A stretch of 32,000 nt of DNA, taken from assembly GCF_000018105.1 (NCBI RefSeq), contig NC_009928.1:180001-212000 (forward strand). Reading direction: 5' to 3'. The notes beneath the pieces are model-generated. The model ran no database searches. It had not been told where the DNA came from and saw nothing but the letters and a program-made list of their open reading frames with translations. Below are positions 1 through 7,929 of the stretch, piece by piece (within the stretch, counting starts at the first letter, position 1; each line of letters opens with the position of its first letter). The translations under genes were made by a program, and so were the position numbers. The stretch comes from Acaryochloris marina MBIC11017. Its GTDB lineage: Bacteria; Cyanobacteriota; Cyanobacteriia; Thermosynechococcales; Thermosynechococcaceae.

Positions 1-174
1 AAGGGCTACCAACAGTTGATCACATCGACACAACTTTGGAGGACGCCCTGCATTGGAGCGACTCAGGTGATAGGTATGCCATGCATGGAGCATGCGTTTA
101 AAGGTTCGCTTGTAGACTCGAGTTCGTCGCTTAAAGTCCTTTGCACTCAGCTGTTGAGCTGTTTCGTAATTCAT
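1..174 (-). CDS. IS5/Harbinger-like transposase (HTH_Tnp_4-type N-terminus); partial, runs off the window
   Basis: ATG at 174-172 on the minus strand. It translates as MNYETAQQLSAKDFKRRTRVYK..., paralogous to ORF 1827-2087. Confidence 0.7.
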   Translation of the reverse strand, partial: MNYETAQQLSAKDFKRRTRVYKRTFKRMLHAWHTYHLSRSNAGRPPKLCRCDQLLVAL

Positions 175-247
175 TGGGTATGGTACTGAATAGAAAGAAC
201 GTCAGGCTCAATACCATATCGCAAATTCAATTATGCAAGAGGTCTAA
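1..247 (-). mobile_element. Inverted copy of an IS5/Harbinger-like IS (left end plus 5' part); continues off the window
   Basis: The reverse complement of 1-247 aligns with 1754-2000 with about 13 mismatches by hand alignment. The shared terminus reads TTAGACCTCTTGCATAATTGAATTTGCGATATGGTATTGAG. Confidence 0.8.
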
Positions 248-568
248 TATCTTGAATAACTATTATAATTGAATAGGAAATGGCTATTGTTGCTTGTTTG
301 AGACTCGTTGTTTTATCGCCTTATCAAGTTATGACAATAATCATGTGGATAAAGCATGACGATTCAATGTCTCGATTGAAAAACTGAAAATTTTAGTTTA
401 CAAAAGCACTACCAAATAGAAATAGAGCAACAAAGTTGTATTTGATGAGTTTACAAAAATAGTTTGAATTCTGTAGAAGAATAAATTAGTTCATTGATAA
501 CTCTTTCGTCTGCTGAACTCTTTTATCTAGTTATAAGTTATTTACCTTTAAAATGAGGTGGCTTTTGA

Positions 569-787
569 ATGTCTAACCGTTATTTAGCCGATGCATTGGC
601 ACTTGTCTATAATAATTTAACGCTGGCGGAAAGAATTATTGAATGTGCTGAGGAAGCTGGTGATGACTTCAGTCCAAAGGCAAGACAAGGATTAGCCAGA
701 GCTCATGCTGGCCTAACAATGGCAACTCAAGGAATGGAATATGAAGAGCTACAGGCAGCGATTATGCTTACCCATTCCAATGAATAG
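569..787 (+). CDS. Hypothetical small protein (72 aa)
   Basis: ATG ORF preceded by GAGGTG (555-560) at 8-nt spacing. No recognisable motif. Confidence 0.5.
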   Translation: MSNRYLADALALVYNNLTLAERIIECAEEAGDDFSPKARQGLARAHAGLTMATQGMEYEELQAAIMLTHSNE

Positions 788-913
788 TTGTTTTATCAAA
801 TATAATGTAGGCTGCTTCAGATTCGGATCGCCATTCCCAATAGAATACCCATCAACTCAATTGCATGGGCGCCATGGAGGTCAATTACAGAAATAAATTC
901 TTCAGGTTCATCA

Positions 914-1138
914 TCAACGCCTAGCCAGAAGTTCATCGATTTGCACTAGGGCCTCCTTAAGCTGACTCACGATAGAACGGGTGATCATCATCCCACCTTG
1001 AACCAGTACGGTGCCATTGAGTGGATGGAGAATTGGTTGTTGCACCCTTTTACCTATCAGAGCATCTAGATCTTCAATCTGGAGAGTGATCAAAACCGGG
1101 GAAAAGAGAAATTCTTCTACCTGAAATCCATCAAGCAC
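914..1138 (-). CDS. Hypothetical protein, possibly translationally coupled to the recombinase
   Basis: Open frame 914-1174. In-frame GTG codons overlap the recombinase stop (GTGCTTGA). No family recognised. Confidence 0.3.
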   Translation of the reverse strand: MLDGFQVEEFLFSPVLITLQIEDLDALIGKRVQQPILHPLNGTVLVQGGMMITRSIVSQLKEALVQIDELLARR

Positions 1139-1690
1139 CTGCACCTTCAGTATCCTTGAGATAGCTATACACACTGGCTTTTGAGAGATTGTAATCTTCC
1201 ATTAGTACCCTGATCAGTTCTCCCTGCGCTCGTCGATTCCGCAATTCAGTACATTGCTGTGGCGTCAACTTACTATTGCGTCCAAAACTGACTCCACGGG
1301 CTCTGGCATTTTTAATCCCATCCATTTGACGCTCAGCCCGGATTTCAGTCTCGAACTGGGCAATCGCTCCGAGGACATTAAACAGCAATCGCCCCGTCGC
1401 ATCAGTCGTATCGATATTCTGGTCAAGCACCTGAAGATGCACTTGTTTCTATCTAACTGCTCTGCCACTTGGCACAGGTGAAGCGTCGAGCGAGCCAGTC
1501 GATCTAATCGAGTAACAACCAGCGTATCCCCATCCCTCACATACTCCAGACAAGCCTTAAGCCGAGGTCGTTGATACGAAACACCACTCCGCTTTTCCTG
1601 GAAGATTTTGTCACAGTCCCTGAGCTTATCAAGCTGGACATTCAGACTCTGCCCTACGGAACTGACCCGCGCATAGCCAACCCTCGCCAT
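1131..1690 (-). pseudogene. Small serine recombinase (resolvase/invertase family), frameshifted
   Basis: ORFs 1265-1690 and 1131-1442 together give a full resolvase. The N-terminus is MARVGYARVSSVGQSLNVQLDKL...DTLVVTRLDRLARS, followed by VLDQNIDTTDATGRLLFNVLGAIAQFETEIRAERQ and a C-terminal HTH. The two frames join near 1440-1446 through a 1-nt shift. Confidence 0.85.
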
Positions 1691-1753
1691 GATCTGCCTC
1701 TCAATGTATCGCGATGTTTTAAACTATATGAGAAAGGTATTTTGAACCATTAA

Positions 1754-2199
1754 TTAGACCTCTTGCATAATTGAATTTGCGATATGGTATTGAGCCTGAC
1801 GTTCTTTCTATTCAGCACCATACCCAATGAATTACGAAACAGCTCAACAGCTGAGTGCAAAGGACTTTAAGCGACGAACTCGAGTCTACAAACAAACCTT
1901 TAAACGCATGCTCCACGCATGGCATACCTATCACCTGAGTCGCTCAAATGCAGGGCATCCACCAACGTTATGTCGATGTGATCAGCTTTTGGTGGCCCTT
2001 CAATATTGGTGGGAATATCGGACCTATTTCCACATTGCTGGAGATTGGGAAGTCTCTGAATCAACTGTCTGCCGTATTGTCCAGTAGGTCGAGACCGCTC
2101 TGATGAACTCAGGACTTTTCTGCCTACCAGGCAAGAAACATCTACTACAAGGGGTTGAGCAACCGGATGTCGTTGTGATGGATGTGACTGAAACGCCCA
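1754..2199 (+). mobile_element. Second copy of the IS5/Harbinger-like IS (5' part), truncated by the IS200-type element
   Basis: Same terminus as the copy at 1-247, in inverted orientation. Homology ends where the IS200-type hairpin sequence starts, around 2200. Confidence 0.8.
1827..2199 (+). pseudogene. IS5/Harbinger-like transposase N-terminal part, with an in-frame TAG and truncation
   Basis: The sequence reads ...LLVALQYWWEYRTYFHIAGDWEVSESTVCRIVQ, then TAG at 2085-2087, then VETALMNSGLFCLPGKKHLLQGVEQPDVVVMDVTETP in the same frame. TAG sits where family members have Trp. The ORF stops at the IS200 insertion. Confidence 0.8.
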
Positions 2200-2727
2200 A
2201 ATGAACTACCCCGCTGCAAGCAGACGGGATATCGTTTCAAAAGAGCTGTAGCTGCTGATCATTTCTATGCAGTTGCATGTATTCCTTACCCTGAACTTTT
2301 ACATATTTCTTGATCATCTCTTCATCGCCATGCTTGCCTACTGTACTGGCAAAATAACCATCACTCCAAAATTCTCCGCCCCACAACTGTTGCTTTACAT
2401 GAGGACAACGCTTAAATACCTCACGCGACGTCAAACGCTTTAACATCTTCACTATCTTGGTCACGCTGTATGTTCGGACTGACTGAATTAAAAAGTGTAC
2501 ATGGTCTTTGTCGACACCTATTTCGATAAACTTCACCTCATAACGATTCTCTATATCCATACAAATGTTGCGAAGCACTTCATCCACGCTCTCATCAAAG
2601 ATGGCACGTCTATATTTTGCAGGAAACACTAAGTGATATAGCAATACGCTTACGTTATGACTCTTATGGATATACTCACTCATTCCTCGATCTTACGCTG
2701 CAAGCAGCGGGGAATGGCCCCTCAGAG
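2200..2727 (-). mobile_element. IS200/IS605-family element (tnpA only)
   Basis: tnpA is flanked by subterminal hairpins: CCCCGCTG-CAAG-CAGACGGG at about 2208-2229 and CGCTG-CAAG-CAGCG at about 2696-2709. The flanking DNA belongs to two different transposase relics. Confidence 0.85.
2237..2683 (-). CDS. tnpA: IS200/IS605-family Y1 (HUH) transposase TnpA
   Basis: 148 aa with an HUH motif (DKDHVHFLIQ) and a C-terminal catalytic Tyr region (WSDGYFASTVG). The ORF is intact. Confidence 0.93.
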   Translation of the reverse strand: MSEYIHKSHNVSVLLYHLVFPAKYRRAIFDESVDEVLRNICMDIENRYEVKFIEIGVDKDHVHFLIQSVRTYSVTKIVKMLKRLTSREVFKRCPHVKQQLWGGEFWSDGYFASTVGKHGDEEMIKKYVKVQGKEYMQLHRNDQQLQLF

Positions 2728-2949
2728 ATTCAAGTCGAGTTTTTATATCTGCCGTCCTACTCCCCCAAGTTGAATTTGGTTGAATATGTGATTTACCTAC
2801 TCCGCTTGCGATTTCTGCATCATCTCCCTCTAGGAACGACCCTGACACAGATCAAACAACAGCTCCATGAGTTCTTTGCTGCTAACCAGTTTCTATCGGC
2901 TGAACAAGTTCAAAACAACCTGAATTTTATATTTTCACTTGTTCCATAA
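2728..2949 (+). pseudogene. IS630/Tc1-mariner-type transposase C-terminal relic
   Basis: Reads ...IQVEFLYLPSYSPKLNLVEYVIYLL..., matching the LPPYSPELNPIE signature of IS630 DDE transposases. There is no N-terminal part, and it starts at the IS200 boundary. Confidence 0.65.
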
Positions 2950-2978
2950 TCTTATAGCCGGAAGGGAGTAATCCAATT

Positions 2979-4082
2979 TTATGCTTTTAGATACTGCTTA
3001 TGCTTGAAGTATGCTTTACATGCTACAGATCTAAAATTATACAAAATACCATACCTAGATTCCGCTAAATTGCTATTTTCTAAGCTGATTTTCCCCTCTT
3101 TTGAAATTTGACTAGGTTTATAGGTAGATGCTTGCTTTGGTTTTATGCTTGGGACTTGATTAGATTTATAGGTAGATGCTTGCTTTGGTTTTATGCTTGG
3201 GACTTGATTAGATTTATAGGTAGATGCTTGCTTTGGTTTAATACTTGGGACTTGATTAGATTTATAGGTAGATGCTTGCTTTGGTTTGATACTTGGGACT
3301 TGATTAGGTTTATAAGTAGATGCTTGCTTTGGTTTTATGCTTGGGACTTGATTAGATTTATAGGTAGATGCTTGCTTTGGTTTTATGCTTGGAATTTCAT
3401 TTGAATTATTTTTAGAAGTTTGAAGAGTAAGGCCAGGGAGAGTGTTTGTGCTAGCTGATGAGGTATTCTTTTCTTGAGCAACAGCCCTAATAGGTTGCAT
3501 CTGCTTCTGAGGTAAGTTGATAATACCTAAGGAAAATAGAAGCGCAAAACATGAAATAATTAGACTAAAGGTACTAACCCCAAGTGACCAAGTCCATCTT
3601 TTTTCTAATTCTCCTTCAAAATTTGTAGATTTATTGTTCATATCATTAGATGAAAAATCATTAGAGAAATAGATATTAGACCATTCGCATTGATCTAATA
3701 TCTTTTCAATTTTTCCTGCATTAGAAAGTTTATGCATATAGATTTTAGAATCGCTTATTCCAAATAAACTTAGGTTTAAGAGTAGATACTCATCAACTTG
3801 TTGGATATTAGATAAGAGATAACTCCATGTTTCTTGGCTTGATAGTTTAGGAATCAAGGGTTTATCAGTATTATTTATGCATTCAATAGTTGTGTTTTGT
3901 TTGCCATATGTCAAGTTAATTGCACCAATATACGTGCCAGGAAATGAAGTTTTTGAAATATTTTTAATATTTATAGTAATATCTTTAGGATATATTTTAT
4001 CTTTAGAATTCTCCAAAATATTTTGTAGACTATTAGAATTATTTGGATTGAATGTAGTTGTTACAAGAAGATTATATTCCAT
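2979..4082 (-). CDS. Single-pass membrane protein with seven tandem 16-aa repeats (AT-rich island)
   Basis: The ATG at 4082 is preceded by GAGGA; the track start at 4085 is TTG. A hydrophobic segment reads WSLGVSTFSLIISCFALLFSLGIINLP. It is followed by seven copies of SNQVPSIKPKQASTYK. Confidence 0.75.
   Translation of the reverse strand: MEYNLLVTTTFNPNNSNSLQNILENSKDKIYPKDITINIKNISKTSFPGTYIGAINLTYGKQNTTIECINNTDKPLIPKLSSQETWSYLLSNIQQVDEYLLLNLSLFGISDSKIYMHKLSNAGKIEKILDQCEWSNIYFSNDFSSNDMNNKSTNFEGELEKRWTWSLGVSTFSLIISCFALLFSLGIINLPQKQMQPIRAVAQEKNTSSASTNTLPGLTLQTSKNNSNEIPSIKPKQASTYKSNQVPSIKPKQASTYKPNQVPSIKPKQASTYKSNQVPSIKPKQASTYKSNQVPSIKPKQASTYKSNQVPSIKPKQASTYKPSQISKEGKISLENSNLAESRYGILYNFRSVACKAYFKHKQYLKA
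3105..3392. repeat. Six near-identical 48-bp tandem repeats, inside CDS 2979-4082
   Basis: The unit is GACTTGATTAGATTTATAGGTAGATGCTTGCTTTGGTTTTATGCTTGG. Unit starts are 3105, 3153, 3201, 3249, 3297 and 3345, with few substitutions per unit. Confidence 0.95.
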
Positions 4083-4234
4083 CAAAAAAATTTCCTCGAA
4101 ACATTTTATAAATAATTTTTCTATTTATCTTTTAGAAATTTATAACGATCTATTTAAGTTTAAAACCTGGATTATGGTAGCTCTTAAGATATAAATGAAT
4201 TCAAAATCCTGATATTCAAACTTTATTGATCAAT

Positions 4235-4453
4235 TCAAAAGAAACCTTGCTCTGCAATTGAGTCAGCTACAACAGCATCTGGATTTATTGGAACATCTGT
4301 CATATGAATAACTAGTTCGCCCGTTTCTGGGTCAAAAATTAATTGTTGATCGCCTAAGTTACTCTCATTGAATGCAACATCTTTAAAATACTGCTGAACT
4401 TCTTGGTTACTATTTTGACTTTTTTTTGAATTTCTCGATGCTTTCTCATTCAT
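4235..4453 (-). CDS. Hypothetical small protein (72 aa from ATG 4453; 77 aa from TTG 4468)
   Basis: Open frame in the AT-rich island. It is paralogous to the ORF at 4713-4955: ..EVQQYFKDV..DQQLIFDPETGELVIH..DAVVADSIA versus ..EVQQYLMDM..DQRLIFDTGTGKLVIQ..DSVITDSIA. Confidence 0.55.
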   Translation of the reverse strand: MNEKASRNSKKSQNSNQEVQQYFKDVAFNESNLGDQQLIFDPETGELVIHMTDVPINPDAVVADSIAEQGFF

Positions 4454-4622
4454 GGTAATTATATTCAATTATTTATTTCAAACTTTTCAGAACAATGTAT
4501 TGTTTCAGATAATGGCATGACTTATATTTTGAAATTTTCATTCTTCATTAAATCCGAATTTAGCCTAGATTAATGATATGCAGATCATGAAATATATATT
4601 CTTTCATAGAATATTTTTTAAA

Positions 4623-4663
4623 ATTTTAAACTGAATATACCTAAATTATATTCAGTTTAAAAT
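4623..4663. repeat. Perfect 17-bp inverted repeat (hairpin) between the two small paralogs
   Basis: ATTTTAAACTGAATATA (4623-4639), 7-nt loop, TATATTCAGTTTAAAAT (4647-4663), followed by TATCTTTTT on the plus strand. Confidence 0.6.
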
Positions 4664-4712
4664 TATCTTTTTACACAATTATTTTCATTTTTTATGGCTA
4701 AAACACAAAAAA

Positions 4713-4955
4713 TCATAGTTTTGCAATCGAATCAGTAATAACAGAATCTAGACTTATAGGACTAACTTTTTGCTGGATTACGAGTTTTCCTGTTCCTGTA
4801 TCAAAAATTAAGCGCTGATCTTCTGAGTTAGTCTCTTCTTTGAACATATCCATTAGATACTGTTGAACCTCTGGAGTATTAGATACCTCAACTTGAAGTA
4901 CATTCTCCTATTCGTCCTCCTCAGTTAGTTGTTTAAAATCGTTAGAATTGTTCAT
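4713..4955 (-). pseudogene. Paralog of the 4235-4453 small gene, with an in-frame TAG
   Basis: Hand translation gives MNNSNDFKQLTEEDE, then TAG at 4908-4910, then ENVLQVEVSNTPEVQQYLMDMFKEETNSEDQRLIFDTGTGKLVIQQKVSPISLDSVITDSIAKL and a stop at 4713-4715. A shorter product from an internal Met is possible. Confidence 0.5.
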
Positions 4956-5372
4956 ATCTCTAAACTCTTTATTTGCTTAATGTGAAAAATTGCAAATACA
5001 ATGAATCTACCTTAATAGGTAGATTTCATGTCATAAAAAAGATTTATTAAAACGATTTAGCCTCCTAGTTGAGATCTTTCAATCTCAGATACTTAACTCC
5101 CACTATGTATCATACAAAATCCAAGCACTAGCATAGTATTTATTAATTTTTTAGATATGTCCGGATTTTACCAATGGAGCATGAAAAGTAATTAGAATTT
5201 TATAAACTAGACTAAAAGTCTTAAAATTAAATATATTATGTGGGCAATTAACTTTGATTCTCTTGATAATGTTAAATATTTTGAACCACTAGTCATTCGT
5301 CTAATCAAATTGAGCCAGTTGTCAGTATTCTCAAAACTCCTTAATCTATGAGCAACTAAGAACACCGAATAA

Positions 5373-7394
5373 ATGAAGATTTTACTAGTTGAAGATCAAG
5401 AAAATATTATTAACGAATTACTAAATATTTTTAGTCAATATAACTATATTGTTGATGTTGTTAGAGATGGAGAATTAGGTTGGAAGTATAGTACAGCATT
5501 TGAATATGATTTGATAATTATTGATATCATAACCCCAAAAATTGATGGAATATCTCTATGCAAAAAACTTCGCACTGAAGGATATTTCACTCCTATTCTA
5601 TTACTAACAGAACAAGGAAGTTTAACAGCAAAGATAAATGGACTAGATGCTGGTGCTGATGATTATTTAGTTCAACCATATCATCAAGCAGAATTAATAT
5701 CTCGCATCCGAGCTTTGATAAGACGATGTAGTACTAGTCCTTTACCAATTTTGAGTTGGGAAAATTTATTATTGAATCAAAGTACCTGTGAGGTAAATTA
5801 CGATGAACTACCTCTCAAATTAACAAATACTGAGTATGAATTGTTGGCATTATTGATGAGAGATAGTCAGCATGTATTCAGTTGTGAAGAATTAATTGAT
5901 CGACTATGGTCTTCGGAAGATTTTCCATCTCCAGCTACAGTTAGATCACATATTCGAAGATTACGCCAGAAACTATCAGAAGCTGGCGCTCCTAAAGATT
6001 TAATATCTACTGTTCATGGGAGAGGTTATTACTTAAAACCTCTCATAGATAATATTAATAATAGAGATATACCTCATCGAAACAGTAAAGAGAACAATAA
6101 TGAAGTCATTATTGTTAATAAATCAGCTATTCTAGAGCCAGAGTCAGTTAATGCCAAAAATAAATACCCTAAGTCAAGCTATGTATATCAAGAATATTTA
6201 AATTATTTAAATGAACTCTGGTCTAAAGAGAAACAGGGTTATATGAATTCTATAGAAAAGTTATCTCAATCTATTCTTAGCTTAAACTCTTTTAAAGATA
6301 AAGGTAAAAATACAACAAATATTCTAAATATCTATCATCAATTAATTGGAGCCTTTGGTATATTTGGATTATCTTATGCAATGCGAATCCTGAATAACTG
6401 CAAAAACATAATTATAAGTGAATCTACTCCATTCAATGATTCTATATATTTGGAAATTCATGAATCACTAACTCAATTAAAGCAGCATCTTTCCAATAAT
6501 AAAATTATTGAAAATAATGCGAATTTTAATTCATATTTAAAACTATTTATAGTGACTAATAAAGCTATTAATCATGGTCAAAGGATTATTCAGCTGGGAA
6601 TAGAACTTAGGGTAATTATTCATTTTATAATTTTATCTGACGAGGGCTGTGGAAACGATATTACTTCTGGCGTTGATCAATCCAAACCTGAAATCAATAT
6701 TTTATCTCCTGATGTAGTTTTGATATTATTATCAGATAAATTGGCTATTTCAAATAATGAAAATTTATCTATAATTGATAACAAAAACGTAATTGATATT
6801 TACAATTTTTTTGTGAATTCCCATCCTTTTGTAGAGTTTTATATCTCAAGTGAATTCAAGGTAAGACAAATCTACAAGTTAAAAAAGCAAAAGGATATAT
6901 TTACCATTGTAGATACTAGTATATTTAGTCAACTTACGCCAGCGATCACCCAAATCGCTGAGTTACTTGATCATCTCAAAGAAGTTCATGTCATAATTAT
7001 CGACTCTGATGAAGACTGGTTATGCTCAATTCCAAATGTTATTAAGCAAAAGGGATATACAGCTACCACTCTTGCAGATGATTCTCAATTTTGGACAGTG
7101 TTAGAAGTAATTCATCCTGATGCATTAATTATTGAATATAAAAGCCCACAGATTGATAGCACTGAAATATGTAGGTTAATTCGTAATCATCCTTACTGGA
7201 ACTACCTACCAATATTGTTACTTGTAGATGGTTTGAAAGTTGAAAATCAAAATCTTCTATACCAAGTAGGTGCCGATGATATTTTATTTAAACCTATCTC
7301 TAGTAATGAGTTAGCAAATAGAATTAGTCATAGACTAAAACGTATGCAGGATTATGCTGAACGTTTTAGATTGTATGCAAACTATTTCAGTTAA
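5373..7394 (+). CDS. RcaC-architecture response regulator: REC, OmpR-type winged helix, HPt-like, C-terminal pseudo-receiver
   Basis: 673 aa. The N-terminal REC has an acceptor Asp at 51 (YDLIIIDIITPKIDG) and K at about 100 (YLVQP). The wHTH reads LTNTEYELLALL...VRSHIRRLRQKL...TVHGRGYYL. An HPt-like His at 322 lies in NIYHQLIGAFGIFG. The C-terminal REC-like domain (about 538-655) has Glu588 at the acceptor position (DALIIEYKSPQIDSTE). Confidence 0.85.
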   Translation: MKILLVEDQENIINELLNIFSQYNYIVDVVRDGELGWKYSTAFEYDLIIIDIITPKIDGISLCKKLRTEGYFTPILLLTEQGSLTAKINGLDAGADDYLVQPYHQAELISRIRALIRRCSTSPLPILSWENLLLNQSTCEVNYDELPLKLTNTEYELLALLMRDSQHVFSCEELIDRLWSSEDFPSPATVRSHIRRLRQKLSEAGAPKDLISTVHGRGYYLKPLIDNINNRDIPHRNSKENNNEVIIVNKSAILEPESVNAKNKYPKSSYVYQEYLNYLNELWSKEKQGYMNSIEKLSQSILSLNSFKDKGKNTTNILNIYHQLIGAFGIFGLSYAMRILNNCKNIIISESTPFNDSIYLEIHESLTQLKQHLSNNKIIENNANFNSYLKLFIVTNKAINHGQRIIQLGIELRVIIHFIILSDEGCGNDITSGVDQSKPEINILSPDVVLILLSDKLAISNNENLSIIDNKNVIDIYNFFVNSHPFVEFYISSEFKVRQIYKLKKQKDIFTIVDTSIFSQLTPAITQIAELLDHLKEVHVIIIDSDEDWLCSIPNVIKQKGYTATTLADDSQFWTVLEVIHPDALIIEYKSPQIDSTEICRLIRNHPYWNYLPILLLVDGLKVENQNLLYQVGADDILFKPISSNELANRISHRLKRMQDYAERFRLYANYFS

Positions 7395-7635
7395 ATGCAT
7401 GTGGTACGTGACACTCATCCCTCTAACCCTGTGGGTGAGGAAACTCTTCTTTGAGCGATTCGACTTGCTAAACTGAGCCGGAGTTTAAGGCAGTAGAGGT
7501 TAAAACTCCAGAAGCGTTTACGTGTCTAGCACGGAAGCCCCGACGTGCACCGTCGTACTTAATCTACGCCTCAAGATATTGATTAGACCTCTTGCAAGAT
7601 TCATTTCACAATGTGGTATTGCTGTTTGCCATCCC

Positions 7636-7929
7636 TTAAACAGCCAATGATAGCTCATGGTTATAGATAGCTGAAATCAAGTTACACTACAGCGCGTAAC
7701 GACGACAACGATTGCGATAGCGCTCAGACAGAATTCTAAAAATCTTCAGGCTACGATTAATGTGTTCAATCTAGTGAGGGTAGATTCCCCGCTGCTTGCA
7801 GCGAAGAAATGGGATTGTAATCCAAATCTACGGTTTGGGAGCAAATCGTATTCCATACCCCGTCTGCTTGCAGCGGGGCAGTAGATTCCCCATTCGTTCT
7901 TGACTCAGAGCACGGTTATTCGCTTGGGG
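7636..7929 (-). pseudogene. C-terminal relic of the IS5/Harbinger-like transposase, split by a MITE and carrying an in-frame TAG
   Basis: The minus strand reads PQANNRALSQERM (7929-7891), then the 120-bp insert, then IEHINRSLKIFRILSERYRNRCRRYAL, TAG at 7687-7689, CNLISAIYNHELSLAV and a stop at 7636-7638. A related IS terminus (TTAGACCTCTTGCAAGATTC...) is at 7583. Confidence 0.75.
7771..7890 (+). mobile_element. 120-bp tnpA-less derivative (PATE/MITE-like) of the IS200-type element at 2200-2727
   Basis: It carries both subterminal hairpins of the parent: TTCCCCGCTGCTTGCAGCG at about 7785-7803 and CCCCGTCTGCTTGCAGCGGGG at about 7857-7877. Removing 7771-7890 (120 nt) rejoins ...ALSQERM to IEHINRS... 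in frame. Confidence 0.8.

Noticed and set aside
3105-3392. A regularly spaced 48-bp repeat array that might be taken for a CRISPR array.
   Set aside because: The units are directly adjacent with no unique spacers. They are in frame inside a long ORF and encode a 16-aa peptide repeat. There are no cas genes.
3108-3404. 98-aa plus-strand ORF (CLLWFYAWDLIRFIGR repeats).
   Set aside because: It is the antisense reading of the 48-bp repeats in the minus-strand gene 2979-4082. It is open only because the repeat lacks stops in that frame.
4235-4468. The 72/77-aa small protein as the missing ubiquitin-like substrate of the E1-like enzyme.
   Set aside because: It ends in ...EQGFF and its paralog in ...IAKL, so there is no C-terminal Gly-Gly. 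It lies about 9 kb away in a different block.
7395-7582. Considered a group II intron 3' end, a tRNA or another structured RNA because of the local hairpins.
   Set aside because: There is no domain V-like sequence and no cloverleaf. Only short generic stems are present. It is kept as unassigned and mentioned under the IS junkyard finding.
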